Positions 10,237 through 21,273 of a stretch of DNA of 64,000 nucleotides are shown piece after piece. The position numbers and the translations under genes are program-made. This DNA is from Dehalococcoidia bacterium UBA1141. Lineage in GTDB: Bacteria > Chloroflexota > Dehalococcoidia > Lucifugimonadales > UBA3495. The DNA is taken from NCBI GenBank assembly GCA_002311385.1, contig DCAE01000047.1, positions 36,090-100,089 of the forward strand. Direction: 5' to 3'. Numbering within the stretch: the first letter of the stretch is position 1; every line of letters starts with the position of its first letter. The notes beneath the pieces are model-generated. The model worked only from the letters and a program-made list of their open reading frames with translations. It made no database searches and was not told where the DNA came from.

Positions 10237-10863
10237 CTAACCTTGGGGCAGGGCCCGCTCTTCGGCTTGGTCTGATTCGAGGGTGGCCTGGGAACCAAGA
10301 ATTTTTGTGTTGAGGTAGTGGGTCAAGCCCACCAATACGGGCACTGCTATGACGTAAGACACCATGGTATATGAGTAGCCGACGGGAAAAGCCAGCACGG
10401 GCACAGCGATGAGAAACACTCCCAAAGCTACCGTCGCCCTCTTGGTGAATTGCAAGACTATCAAAGACACTGCGGCCACAGGGATGGAAACCAGCGGCAC
10501 GGTGATGAGCAGTACTCCGACGGATGTGGCAGCCCCCCGGCCACCCCGAAAACCCAGGTGAATGGGCCAATTGTGGCCAGCCACCACGGCCACTCCGGCC
10601 ATCAACTCCAAGGTAATGGAGTCGGTCACGCTCCGTACCAAAAGCACCGCCAAAACACCCTTCAGTATGTCAAACACGCCGACTGTAAGTCCTGCCTTGG
10701 GACTCACATTTCTGAAGACATTGGCGGCGCCAGGATTGTTATCGCCCAGATTGCGAATGTCCTGGCCTAAGACCAACCGGGTAACCAAAAATGCGGAAGA
10801 GATACCCCCAATCAGGTAGGAGATAAATATGAGACTAATTCCGGTAAGTCCGTCCAGAGACAA
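10237..10863 (-). CDS. plsY: Glycerol-3-phosphate acyltransferase PlsY
   Basis: SYLIGGI, DIRNLGDNNPGAAN, DILKG, GHNWPI..FRGGRG. Confidence 0.88.
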   Translation of the reverse strand: MSLDGLTGISLIFISYLIGGISSAFLVTRLVLGQDIRNLGDNNPGAANVFRNVSPKAGLTVGVFDILKGVLAVLLVRSVTDSITLELMAGVAVVAGHNWPIHLGFRGGRGAATSVGVLLITVPLVSIPVAAVSLIVLQFTKRATVALGVFLIAVPVLAFPVGYSYTMVSYVIAVPVLVGLTHYLNTKILGSQATLESDQAEERALPQG

Positions 10864-10971
10864 GTAGGGCTTCCTCCTGCAAGGAACTACCCTTGGCGGG
10901 CACGAAATTAAAGCTAAAAGCCACCACGGGTACGACCGAAATCTCGCCCAACTAGATGTCGCAGTGCCTGA

Positions 10972-11937
10972 TTAAGCAGTGACTAATCGCGGCACGGCGG
11001 CAGTGCACCAGTGAAGGAACTTGGGATTCCTGCCAAAGACGATGTCGAAGTATAGCTTCTGTAGTTTCAATGCAACCGGCCCGGCTTGGCCGTCGCCTAT
11101 GGGTCTGCTGTCCAATTCCACCACCGGCGTGAGATGGGCAGCGGTGCCGGTGAGGAAAATCTCTTCGCACAGGTAAAGTTCGCTTCGGTCGATTCCCCTT
11201 TCCTCAACCTCCATCCCCAACTCACTCTGAGCCAATTGGAGGATGGTCTCTCTGGTGATTCCCGGTAGCGAGCTATCTTCCAGACGGGGCGTTACCAGTT
11301 TACCGCCCGAAACGATGAAGATGTTTTCTCCCGAACCTTCGCAGGCCTGTCCTAGGTGATTCAAAAGGATGGCTTCATCAAAGCCAGCCAGAGTGGCTTC
11401 GGTCTTGGCCAATATGCTGTTGACGTAGTTTCCGCTGCTTTTGATTCGGGTAGGAATCATGGTGTCATCGGTTCGGCGCCATGAGGAAGTGCAGCAACGT
11501 AGCGTATCGGAACTCAAATAGTTGCCAAAGGGCACCGTAATCAGGGTAAAGTCACTTTCCAAGTCCTGAAGTTTCAGGTTAGCTACTTTTTCGGCGCTTT
11601 TGTAAGCTAATGGACGGATATATATGTCTTCTTTGTGACCGTTTAGTTCCACTAAATCTACGGTCATCTTGCATAACTGGTCTGCGGTGTAGGGAATGTC
11701 CAGCAGAAGTATCCGGCATCCTCTAATCAACCGTTCGTAATGCTCACGCAGCCGGAAGATGAAGATCGCCCCTTTCTCTTCGTTCCAGTTGCCTCTAATG
11801 CCTTCAAACACGCCTGTGCCATAATGCAAAGCGTGGGTCATCACACTGACTTTCGCCTCACTGATGGGCACCACTTTACCCTTGAAAAATGCGTTAAGCT
11901 CTTTTTTACCGTTGTTGGACGCCTGTGAGGTGGACAA
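10972..11937 (-). CDS. ilvE: Branched-chain amino acid aminotransferase (class IV PLP)
   Basis: LHYGTGVFEGIR, YIRP, KSSGNY, EGSGENIF, LPGITR, GTAA. Confidence 0.93.
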   Translation of the reverse strand: MSTSQASNNGKKELNAFFKGKVVPISEAKVSVMTHALHYGTGVFEGIRGNWNEEKGAIFIFRLREHYERLIRGCRILLLDIPYTADQLCKMTVDLVELNGHKEDIYIRPLAYKSAEKVANLKLQDLESDFTLITVPFGNYLSSDTLRCCTSSWRRTDDTMIPTRIKSSGNYVNSILAKTEATLAGFDEAILLNHLGQACEGSGENIFIVSGGKLVTPRLEDSSLPGITRETILQLAQSELGMEVEERGIDRSELYLCEEIFLTGTAAHLTPVVELDSRPIGDGQAGPVALKLQKLYFDIVFGRNPKFLHWCTAAVPRLVTA

Positions 11938-12026
11938 AGTGTGACCCCTTTCGTTAAAAACTGGGCTAAATTATAATCGGACTGCTGTGCAGAACACAAG
12001 GCACGCACACAGCATAGGACTGCCCG

Positions 12027-12761
12027 ATGGCTAATGATGACCAAATAGAAATTGACTCGAACAAAGTGGATGCTGACCTTCTGGCTTCGGAAAGAAGCTC
12101 CCAGGCTGTACCGGTTGGCGCGTCGTCAATATTGAACCTGCGAACTATCGCCGCAGGGGTGACCGGTGCGGCGATTGCCGCTCTGGTTCTGGGAGCGGTC
12201 GTGCTTTTTTGGCGCGGTGACGAAAACGCTCCCATACAGGTGTTGCAAGCAGAACATAGCGAAACGGTCCGTCCTGCTTCCGCCGGCGTCGACCCGGACG
12301 AGGATCTGAGAGTGTACGTGACTGGAGCGGTTGTTAATCCCGGAGTTTATTCCCTCTCGCAGGGAGACCGAGTTTCCGACGCCCGCGCAGCTGCCGGAGG
12401 CGAAACCGATGACGCCCAGAGTTCGTCTATAAACCTGGCTTTGCGTGTTATGGGCGAAGGACACTACCACATGCCTCGGTTGGGTGAGACCCTCGTCGCA
12501 GATACCACTGCGATGATTGGGGGCAATCTTGGAGCGGCAGCGCCGGGAATTTGCGACGGCTTAATTGACCTCAATACCGCTTCCGCTCAGTTATTGGAAA
12601 CCTTGCCTAGTATCGGTGAGGTTAGAGCCGCCGCTGTAGTGAGCTACCGGAATGCCAACGGCGGGTTTCAAGCGATCGAGGATGTCACCAACGTCTCCGG
12701 CATAGGCCCGGCCACCTATGAGGCTATCCGGCGGTTGGCGACGGTCTGCGACCCGGGTTAG
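12027..12761 (+). CDS. comEA: Competence protein ComEA (SLBB + helix-hairpin-helix)
   Basis: TM anchor, VYVTGAVVNPGVY, IDLNTAS..LETLPSIG, VSGIGP; adjacent to comEC. Confidence 0.9.
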   Translation: MANDDQIEIDSNKVDADLLASERSSQAVPVGASSILNLRTIAAGVTGAAIAALVLGAVVLFWRGDENAPIQVLQAEHSETVRPASAGVDPDEDLRVYVTGAVVNPGVYSLSQGDRVSDARAAAGGETDDAQSSSINLALRVMGEGHYHMPRLGETLVADTTAMIGGNLGAAAPGICDGLIDLNTASAQLLETLPSIGEVRAAAVVSYRNANGGFQAIEDVTNVSGIGPATYEAIRRLATVCDPG

Positions 12762-12823
12762 CCAAGCGCTGGTGTTGCCGTAGTCTTCATACCCTTGCCC
12801 ATGTGTTCCGGGAGGAGAGGTAG

Positions 12824-15289
12824 ATGAAACTGGGCCTATTGGCGTCAGCCTGGTTGGTGGGAACGATTATAGGCCTCCGAATGGACCCCGCTGTGCTGCC
12901 TTTGGCGCTCTTAGTTTTGGCAGCAATAGCCGGTGGAATCATGACCCGTTTTTGCCATTGGCCTCTGTGGCCGGTGGTGCTGGCCGCAGTTGTTTTGGTT
13001 GCCGCAATCACGGCCACGGCCGACGACGATTCGCTGATGCCTTTGGCAACCTCCGACGGCCAAACGGTGACGATGCAAGGCCGGGTAGTAAACGACCCGG
13101 AGTCGACCCAACGATTCTTCAGGCTCGAGGTTGAGGCCGATGCGATAGACCGGGGCAGCGGCTTTCACCCCTTCTCTTTCCGAATATTAGTCTTTGCCGA
13201 GCCCCCGCCGGCTTTGGTGTCATCGCGAGAGCCTCCATATTTTCGCTACGGTGACCAGCTGCTGATTGAAGGCCAAGTTCAATTGCCCCGCGCCTTCGCC
13301 GAATTTGACTATGGAGCATACCTGGCCAACCAGGGAATATCCGGCTTCATTTACTCCCGAAGCGTTTTGCTGTCCAATCCAAATGCTCGGCCACAAAAAG
13401 ATTGGCGCAACAGTATCTTCGACCTTCGAGGGCGGCTCTCCGAGAATCTGGAAGATGCTTTGCCCGATCGGCATTCGGCCATTGGACAAGCGCTGCTGCT
13501 GGGGAAACGAGGCCGTTTGCCGGAGGACTTGGTGGAAGACTTTCGGTCCACCGGTACTTCGCATATTTTGGCCATCTCGGGCTTGCATGTTGGCTTGATG
13601 ATGATAATGGGATTGGCTTTGGCCGCTTGGATCATTGGCAGGCGGTGGAATGCATATCTCCTAGTCCCACTGGCGTTAATCTGGGTTTACATCCTGATTA
13701 GCGGAGAATCCCCGTCGGCGATTCGGGCGGCCATTATGGGCACGGTATATATCGCAGCGCTTCTTGCGGGCCGACCTGGCAGCATCCTACCCGCATTGTC
13801 TTTGGCTGCTGCTGCCATGGTCTCGCTAGATCCTCATGTGCTCCAACAAACATCCTTTCAACTTAGCGTAGGCGCAATGGCCGGAATCGCACTGGTTATG
13901 CCTTTCCAAGAAAGAGTAGGCATAGCCATCGCCGAATGGTCGGCAACCAATTCCAATCGGGGAAAGACTTGGCTGGGCGTTGTAATGAGGTGGTTCGCCG
14001 CCTCTCTGATTGTCTCAGTGGGGGCAACGATGGCAACCTGGCCTCTGGTTGCTTTCAATTTTGACCGAATTCCTATCCTCGGCATCTTCACCACTGCGTT
14101 GGCTTTGCCCGTCTTGCCCCTCATTTTATTGGGGACATTGGGTGCCTCCTTGGGCGGGCTTATCCATCCGGTGGTTGGCCAGATATTCGGTTGGCTTGAT
14201 TGGGTACCCATTTCTTATTTGATGGAGCTTGTGGCCCGTTTCCCCTCATTCACCGTTTCGGGATCCTGGGTAGGCAGTTGGATGGTTTGGCCCTGGTACC
14301 TAGCGCTTACCGTTGCGATTCTACTTGTTAGGGCCAGAGGTCACCTGTTAAAGGAAAAATCAATCCCGCGCCGGTTATTTAGACTACCAGAGGACAGAGG
14401 AAATGGAGGAAGTTTCGGTGCGGCAAGCTTAGCCAAGATTGTGTTTGCCATCACCCTGATATCCGCCAGTATCTTGGTTTGGGTCCAGGTATTCTCCGGG
14501 CCGGATGGAAAGTTGCACGTCTACTTCTTTGATGTGGGCCAAGGTGACAGCGTACTTATAGTCACGCCTGGGGGAAAGCAGATACTGGTAGATGGCGGCC
14601 CCGGTTAACGCAGCGCTACCGCTTCGCTGTCGGAGCGGTTGCCAAGAGGGGACCTTAGCCTGGACATGGTGGTTCTGACCCACTTGGACTCCGACCACAG
14701 CAGGGGTCTGTTGGAAGTGTTGGACCGCTACCGTGTGGGTTCGGTGCTCTTCGGACCTCAAGATGTCAAAGGCGCAATGTATCCCCAATGGCGATCCATG
14801 ATGGACCGGGAGGACGCAGTTGAGGTTCTGGCGCAAACCGGCCAGCAGGTAATCCTAGAGCCCGGCGTTATGCTGCAGGTGTTGAACCCACCGGAACAAT
14901 CCGCCGGAGGTCCGATTCATGACCCAAACAACAATGGCGTGGTGCTAAAATTGACATACGGCGAGGTGAGCTTTTTGTTGACTGCCGACATCGAATCGCC
15001 GACCGAAAACCGGTTGGTTCGTAGCGGCCCAGCGTTGAATAGCACGGTCTTGAAAGTGGCCCATCATGGCAGCCGCACCTCGACCACGCCGGCTTTCTTG
15101 GCAAGTGTCGGACCGTCTGTCGGAGTCATATCCGTGGGCGCTACCAACAGCTTCGGTCATCCCGTACCAGAGGTACTAGAAAGGCTTAAAGAGGCTATGG
15201 GAGAAGGCGCAATCTTACGCACCGACCGGGATGGGACTATCGAGTTCATAAGCGACGGCCAAACTCTGTGGTTCAAAACCGAAAGATGA
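12824..15289 (+). pseudogene. comEC: ComEC/Rec2 DNA uptake channel interrupted by a single in-frame TAA at 14606-14608
   Basis: DUF4131, HILAISGLH competence domain, DVGQGD; after TAA the same frame continues RSATASLSERLPRG...LTHLDSDH...KVAHHGS (metallo-beta-lactamase domain). Confidence 0.85.
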
Positions 15290-15374
15290 ACCCTCTTAAA
15301 AAGAACAACGCATCCCGGTCTTCCCACCGGAATCCTCGTCCCAAGTCCTGTATACTGGGCAGAAATGCCGGATA

Positions 15375-16157
15375 ATGGCCAACAACGTAATTCCGGCGGC
15401 GGACGGTAAAATTATCTCTGGAGAAAATAAGGTTTTGCAAAGAGTGGACGGGCGGAAATGGGATGAGATTCGGCCGATAACGATTACGCCCAATTTTCAG
15501 AAACACGCCGAAGGATCGGCGCTGATTCAGATGGGAGCTACCAAGGTGATATGCGCCGCATCGTTGGAAGAGCGGGTGCCGGGATTCCTCCGAGGCCAGG
15601 GCAAAGGATGGGTAACCGCTGAGTACGACATGCTGCCCCGGTCAACGAGCACTCGAAATTCCCGGGACCGGGATTCGGGAAGGCCCAGCGGACGCTCTCA
15701 GGAGATTCAACGGCTCATTGGTAGAGCGCTTAGGGCGGTGACCGACCTGGACGCTTTGGGAGAGCGAACCGTCCAGATTGATTGTGATGTGCTGGAAGCA
15801 GACGGCGGTACCCGAACCGCGTCCATCACTGGAGCCTACGTCGCCCTGTACCAAGCCTTGGACATGCTGGTTAAACAACGCATATTGCCCCGCATTCCCC
15901 TGCGCAGCGCCGTGGCGGCCATCAGCGTGGGCATCGTGGACGGCGGCTGCTTACTGGATTTGTGCTACCAGGAAGACTTTGGAGCCCAAGCAGACTTTAA
16001 CGTGGTGATGACCGACCGGGGTGAGGTAGTGGAACTGCAAGGAGCCGCCGAGGCCGAGCCCTTCCCACGGCAAAGGGTAGACCAAGTGCTATCCTTGGCG
16101 TCGGCAGGGGTGGAGCCTCTTTTTCGGGCACAGCGCCAGGCTATTTCATCTTTTTGA
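15375..16157 (+). CDS. rph: Ribonuclease PH
   Basis: GWVTAEYDMLPRST, GRSQEIQRLIGRALR, DCDVLEADGGTRTASITG. Confidence 0.96.
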   Translation: MANNVIPAADGKIISGENKVLQRVDGRKWDEIRPITITPNFQKHAEGSALIQMGATKVICAASLEERVPGFLRGQGKGWVTAEYDMLPRSTSTRNSRDRDSGRPSGRSQEIQRLIGRALRAVTDLDALGERTVQIDCDVLEADGGTRTASITGAYVALYQALDMLVKQRILPRIPLRSAVAAISVGIVDGGCLLDLCYQEDFGAQADFNVVMTDRGEVVELQGAAEAEPFPRQRVDQVLSLASAGVEPLFRAQRQAISSF

Positions 16158-17419
16158 GGAATAGAGAATTGAGATTGGGGCGAAGAGCGAAGCTCTGCCT
16201 CACCACCGGGGCAACGTTAATATCCCTGGGTGTCTTGGCTTGCGGCGGAGGAACACCCACCCAACCGCCCACCCAAAACGAAGCTCCCACCGCTACGGTT
16301 ACGGTTACTTCCGCTCCCCCACCAACTTTACGGCCCACGGCAATTGCGACCAACCCACCTCCGGTTAGCAGGCCAACTTCCACGCCGTTGCCCCTGGATA
16401 CCCCGTTTCCAACAGAGACCTCCATTCCCATCGCTGTCCCGCCCACACCCATTCTCTTGCTGCAGCTCCCCAATGTGGCCGACACTGTGGAAAAAGCCAG
16501 GCCGGCCGTGGTATCCATCGTCACGGAAGTCATTATTCGTGGATTTTTCGGCCCGACATCAAACTTCGGCAGCGGCACGGGAGTGATTTTTGACCCGGAT
16601 GGCTTGGTGCTAACCAACAACCATGTAATTTCCGGCGCAGAGAATATTACGGTAACACTGGATGACGGTCGCCAGTTCCAAGCAGAAGTGGTGGGCGCGG
16701 ATATTCTCTCAGACTTGGCTGTGCTTCGAATACCCGGTGACGCTTATACCGCACTGCCATTGGGAGGGGAAGAAGGCCGGGATATCCGGGTGGGCGACTG
16801 GGTTATCGCCATTGGCAATACACTGGCGCTTCCAGGCGGGCCCACGGTGACGGTGGGCGTAGTATCCGCATTGGGGCGGTCTATCGAATCGACGCCCGGA
16901 GTGACGCTTTACGACCTTATACAGACCGACACCGTTATCAACCCAGGAAACAGCGGAGGGCCGTTGATTGACATTCAAGGTTCGCTGGTGGGCATAAATA
17001 CCGCAGTGCAGCGGCTGTCGGCCTCCGGACTGGTAGTAGAAGGAATTGGCTTCGCCATCGACGTTGACACCGCCTTCCAAGTGACCCAACAACTGGTGGA
17101 ACTGGGTTTCGTAAGGTGGGCGTGGATGGGTGTAATCTTGGCCGACTTGATTCCTGAGCTTGCCGCTGAAGTAGGGCTGTCCATAAGAGAAGGGGTGGTG
17201 ATTCAGAACACGATCATCAACGGCCCAGCCGCTCGGGCGGGCATCCAGCCAAACGATATTATCGTCTCGGCCGACGGCCACAAGCTGACCACCGTGGCAG
17301 ACCTGACCCGGTTGCTAAAACAGGAGTTCACCGTTGATCAGGAAATAGCAATCGAAATATTCCGCGAAGATGGGAACAAGACGGTTACATTGGTTCTGGG
17401 AGAACGGCCAAGACGCTAG
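16154..17419 (+). CDS. HtrA/DegP-family serine protease with PDZ domain, probable lipoprotein with Pro/Thr-rich linker
   Basis: LAC lipobox, TNNHV, SDLAVL, INPGNSGGPL, C-terminal PDZ. Confidence 0.92.
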   Translation: MRNRELRLGRRAKLCLTTGATLISLGVLACGGGTPTQPPTQNEAPTATVTVTSAPPPTLRPTAIATNPPPVSRPTSTPLPLDTPFPTETSIPIAVPPTPILLLQLPNVADTVEKARPAVVSIVTEVIIRGFFGPTSNFGSGTGVIFDPDGLVLTNNHVISGAENITVTLDDGRQFQAEVVGADILSDLAVLRIPGDAYTALPLGGEEGRDIRVGDWVIAIGNTLALPGGPTVTVGVVSALGRSIESTPGVTLYDLIQTDTVINPGNSGGPLIDIQGSLVGINTAVQRLSASGLVVEGIGFAIDVDTAFQVTQQLVELGFVRWAWMGVILADLIPELAAEVGLSIREGVVIQNTIINGPAARAGIQPNDIIVSADGHKLTTVADLTRLLKQEFTVDQEIAIEIFREDGNKTVTLVLGERPRR

Positions 17420-17517
17420 CTAAAGCCGGGCAGGGAGCGACCCGAAGCAATCGCTGGTCACCACGCTTTCTGCCCGAGATTTTATGCTAACTGACGGTTT
17501 TGCCGGTAACAGCGTCG

Positions 17518-18978
17518 TCAAAAAGCAAAAATCACTGAACCCACGGTGATAATAACAATACCAATAATAGAGCCAGCGGCTGCGGAAATCATCCAACGGC
17601 TACCTGCTTGGAAACTCAATGTAGCCTTCAATCCTATGGATGACAGCAAACCCCATGGCACCATAAATGCCAGCGTTACGTATATCAGGAATGCCAACGC
17701 CACGATTCCTGGCGACAACATGGCTAAGGCGATCCAGATCGGGATTCCCACCCACAAGAATATGGACACACCTACCCAAATCTTGGAATCGGGAGTTAGT
17801 CCACGACCGGCAGCTTTGTATTCTCTGACCTGCTGCTGACCTGCCCACTCCGGTTTCCAATCGGTAGGTAAGGTCTGGCGCACTTGCACCGTCTGGATAT
17901 GCTCACCGGATTCGACAACCGCTAGAGATGGGAACGGGTCTCGTCCCCCAAGGAGTACGGAGCGCTCGCACCACGGGCAAGCAGCCAATTCATTGTCGTA
18001 TTTGTGCTGTTCATTGGTGGCACAATCCGTAAGTTTGTCCTCAGCCTGAATCAAGGCCTCCAACCATGCGTCGGCAGTAGGACGCAATTCGGGGTTGTCG
18101 TGGCCGTCTTCAAAACACTTGGTGAATAAATCCCGAAGTGCTGGCGCCATGATATTGAGAGGCAGGGCAATCGCCGCCGGCTTGTAAGGTACCTCACGGC
18201 GGGTGGCGTAGGGATAATGACCGTCTTTGATTCTGTCCGTGATTGGGGCGGGGTCGCCTTCCTCTTGGAAAGCGCCGGCGAAGGGATGACCCCCGGCCAT
18301 GAGTAATTGGAACATCAGCACACCCAGAGAGAAAAGGTCATGCTGATGAGTTCGGTCAGTCAATGTGGATGCTTCGTCGCCTTGTAACTCGGGGGGTGTG
18401 AAATCCGGCGTGAAAACTGGGCAACGATAAATCTCACCGGTGTCCGGGTCGAGCACCTGAAATGAGTCCGTGTCTATCAGTGTGACTTGGGAGTCCTGGG
18501 ACACGAATGCGTTGGTGTAGTTAAGGTCGCCAATGATGTAATTACTAGCGTGGACAGCGCTTACCGCACGGGCCAGACTCTGGCCTGTTCGAAGCAGATG
18601 CCCAAAGGTGAACTTTGGCCGGTCTTTCAGGCGCGATTGTAGCGAGTAGACGTTTATGATTGGGTCCATGCCTTTCATCTTAGGCATGAGATAGCCAATC
18701 ACCCGCCGCTTGCGATCCGCACTGTGCAGGGTATCAACAGGCCAAGCCAAAGGAGAACCTTCTTCACCCTCAGTGCGTTCAATGGGCGGGTTGGCGCACA
18801 TCACAGCCAGCTTACGCCCATGGTCATCGGTAGGCTTCAGATATACTTTGGCTGCCAGAGACTCGTCATTAGGGAAGGAGTAGACTGTGGCCTCTCCGCC
18901 TATTCCCAGGGTAGCGGAGGGGTTCACCAGCATGACATCGCCGTCATATCCCCTTCGTAGTTTTATGTCGCCTTTCAC
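17518..18978 (-). CDS. YegI-like Ser/Thr protein kinase with C-terminal TM helices (TerY-P triad)
   Basis: GIGGEATVY, AAKVY, GDLNYTN, LIDTDSFQ, TPPELQG, HPFAG, C..H...CPWC. Confidence 0.88.
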   Translation of the reverse strand: MKGDIKLRRGYDGDVMLVNPSATLGIGGEATVYSFPNDESLAAKVYLKPTDDHGRKLAVMCANPPIERTEGEEGSPLAWPVDTLHSADRKRRVIGYLMPKMKGMDPIINVYSLQSRLKDRPKFTFGHLLRTGQSLARAVSAVHASNYIIGDLNYTNAFVSQDSQVTLIDTDSFQVLDPDTGEIYRCPVFTPDFTPPELQGDEASTLTDRTHQHDLFSLGVLMFQLLMAGGHPFAGAFQEEGDPAPITDRIKDGHYPYATRREVPYKPAAIALPLNIMAPALRDLFTKCFEDGHDNPELRPTADAWLEALIQAEDKLTDCATNEQHKYDNELAACPWCERSVLLGGRDPFPSLAVVESGEHIQTVQVRQTLPTDWKPEWAGQQQVREYKAAGRGLTPDSKIWVGVSIFLWVGIPIWIALAMLSPGIVALAFLIYVTLAFMVPWGLLSSIGLKATLSFQAGSRWMISAAAGSIIGIVIITVGSVIFAF

Positions 18979-19760
18979 GATAGCCTTCCAAAGAGCACCA
19001 GCGTCAGGTCGTCGGTGCTGTTTTCAGTAATTCGAGGTGATCCCATGAATTGCTCAAGTTGTTGTTGGGCTTGAGCAGGCTCCGGTGTGTTGGAGACGAA
19101 TTTGAACAATGGGACGAAAAATGGGTTGTGGGGCGTTCCGGCAGGCATAGTCAGGGCGAGCCTTTGGAGTCCGTCAGACATGATGGCTAGATGGGTTGCG
19201 GTGCCATGCCATACTTTGAATTGGGCATGTTTCAGGTCACGGCGGGCATTGAGGAACGTAGTCTCATTAACATGCTCACCGCTGTCCGGTGTCGTAACGC
19301 CAATGATGTTAGCATCACCGTCTTGAACCACCGCTATGCCGTCTCCAATCTGCGCTGCGGCGACCATATCCGGGGTAGCCACCACGAGAATCAGAGTCGT
19401 AGCTAACTGTCGAACTTCCACTTTTCTTGCCGACGCTTCTGTTTGGACGGCCTTCTGGGCTGCTTTGAGGGCATCGCCCAGACTGTTTTGAATCCCCTTG
19501 TCGTCACCGGACGTTTTTCCACTGGCGCAAAAGGCTTCTACCACAGCTCTTGAGGCGATTTCCGCCCCAACCTCGGCAAGCTCCGCTGAGCCAGCGCCAT
19601 CGGCAACCGCCGCTACCAGTACGTCCCCATCATTTATCTGCCAGTAATGAGCGTCCTGGCAAGGGATTCCGCCGGACACATGGCTTGTGCCGCATAGGGA
19701 TGCGCCTACTCCTCTCCAGATGGACGATCCACCGCTAGAGGCTGCTTGTTGTTGAGTCAT
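18975..19760 (-). CDS. PP2C-family protein phosphatase (YegK/PphC-like, TerY-P triad)
   Basis: GTSH....PCQD, VADGAGSA, QIGDG, NETTF, SDGL, DDLTL. Confidence 0.9.
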   Translation of the reverse strand: MTQQQAASSGGSSIWRGVGASLCGTSHVSGGIPCQDAHYWQINDGDVLVAAVADGAGSAELAEVGAEIASRAVVEAFCASGKTSGDDKGIQNSLGDALKAAQKAVQTEASARKVEVRQLATTLILVVATPDMVAAAQIGDGIAVVQDGDANIIGVTTPDSGEHVNETTFLNARRDLKHAQFKVWHGTATHLAIMSDGLQRLALTMPAGTPHNPFFVPLFKFVSNTPEPAQAQQQLEQFMGSPRITENSTDDLTLVLFGRLS

Positions 19761-19885
19761 TTCTTATCGACCATCCTTTACTTATTGGTCCACGAAATAG
19801 GCGTAAATGTCGCATTCTCCCCGAACCCACCGGGATCCATTCCGTGGCCGAATTAATTGTGTCTGATCGGGAGTGGGCAAGCCTC

Positions 19886-20418
19886 CTATCGGCTCTTGTT
19901 GAAGAGTGGACTGGACAATCGCGTGGAAGCCGGATTAGATGCATGGATTGCTGCCGGGGTCATTAAAAGCATGGAGGTCTGTGTGGGAAATTGCACAGGT
20001 ACCTTTTGGCAGTCGATCGCAGGGCAGCGATTACCCTTCGCCAGTGCAATTACTAATACTGCAAATCCAATCAGCACAAAAATCCCAATACCACCATTTT
20101 ACGTTTAATTCGGAAGCGTCTCGCCTGTTTGGGGTGGCTCAGGACCTCCCGCTCTTCGAACCGACCAGTCTTCGAGAATTTGAATCGCTCTTGGCCAAAT
20201 GTTCCTTCGAATTCTTCACCCGGACGAAAAGAAATCACTATCGTATAGCTGTCTTCGTCCTCACTTTCGTTGAGAACGTCAAAAAACAATTTTCTTCTCG
20301 TCGAGCTAGCCCGTGCAGTCCGGAGGGCCATTTCGCTGGCTTTAGTTATGGAGATATGATCTGGACTCTCATGCTCTGAGGCAGTATCAGTTCTCCCACC
20401 GGTGTCGCTCTCTACCAT
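19886..20418 (-). pseudogene. Hypothetical membrane-anchored protein, apparently frameshifted within its TM segment near 20080
   Basis: ORF 20071..20418 ends KRKMVVLGFLC*; ORF 19886..20077 continues VLIGFAVLVIALAKG in another frame across a T5 run. Confidence 0.5.
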
Positions 20419-20580
20419 TTCAAATCCCCGTCAGCCTGACAAATGAAAGGCCAACGTGCCTAGATTCGCCTCCTAATGAAGCCACTTTGCCCTCGCCAGC
20501 GAATTTTGGGTAATCGTAGCACCAAGAGGAAAGGCATTTTCATTTGTTTCCTATTGTTACTGGTTGTGTCACTTCTTTTG

Positions 20581-21273
20581 CTACTTCTTGGCCCAAGGTG
20601 TAGGCAGGAAGGAGAATTTCCCACCGGATTTTTCACTGGTAACAGCTTGCATGCTCCGGGAGAGCCATACGAACAATTCGTTGAATTTCAGACCGTCTAG
20701 TTTGAGGGGTGTCCGGAAACCCATTCTCATCAGCTGAGTAACGTCGGCTCCCTGCACGGCGACGGTGAAGAACACCATGCGGTCGGCGTTGACCTCTCGC
20801 TTGACTCGTTTTGCGGCATCGTCCACGAAGAGAAACAACTCACCCTGGGGATCTCCGTCGGTAATCATCATTACCCAAGGGCGATAGTAGGGAATCCCGG
20901 CTTCTTTGTACCTTGCTTTACGCTGCTCCACCATATCCAGGGCGGTATTGATGGCTGCGCCCATGTGTGTGGCCCCTTGGGCAGTGAGTATTGGCGGTAT
21001 GAACCGGTCTGGTGTCACAAAGTCCTGTACCAGCCTGACTGTAGTGTCGAATGCCACCACGGCCACTTCTACCCTTTTGGGAGCAACAGGGTCTTCCATC
21101 AAGTCTTCCCGGAATGTGCTCAAACCGGCGTTAAGCGCAGCTATAGGTTGGCCTTGCATCGAGCCTGATGTATCCAGCAGCAAGACGCAAGGGCATCTTG
21201 GCTCCTGGTTCTCGGCAAACTCAACGGCATCAATCAGACTTTGATCCGGGCTAATACTATCTATGCTAGTCAC
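20581..21273 (-). CDS. TerY/YegL-like vWA domain protein
   Basis: EFAENQEPRCPCVLLLDTSGSM (MIDAS), YYRPWVMMITDG, FVWLSRSM. Confidence 0.92.
   Translation of the reverse strand: MTSIDSISPDQSLIDAVEFAENQEPRCPCVLLLDTSGSMQGQPIAALNAGLSTFREDLMEDPVAPKRVEVAVVAFDTTVRLVQDFVTPDRFIPPILTAQGATHMGAAINTALDMVEQRKARYKEAGIPYYRPWVMMITDGDPQGELFLFVDDAAKRVKREVNADRMVFFTVAVQGADVTQLMRMGFRTPLKLDGLKFNELFVWLSRSMQAVTSEKSGGKFSFLPTPWAKK

Noticed and set aside
14606-14608. Programmed read-through in comEC
   Set aside because: The stop is TAA, which is not decoded as Sec or Pyl, and no recoding signal is evident.
20071-20076. C-U motif at the end of ORF 20071..20418
   Set aside because: Read-through hits TAG after five codons; a frameshift explains the sequence better.
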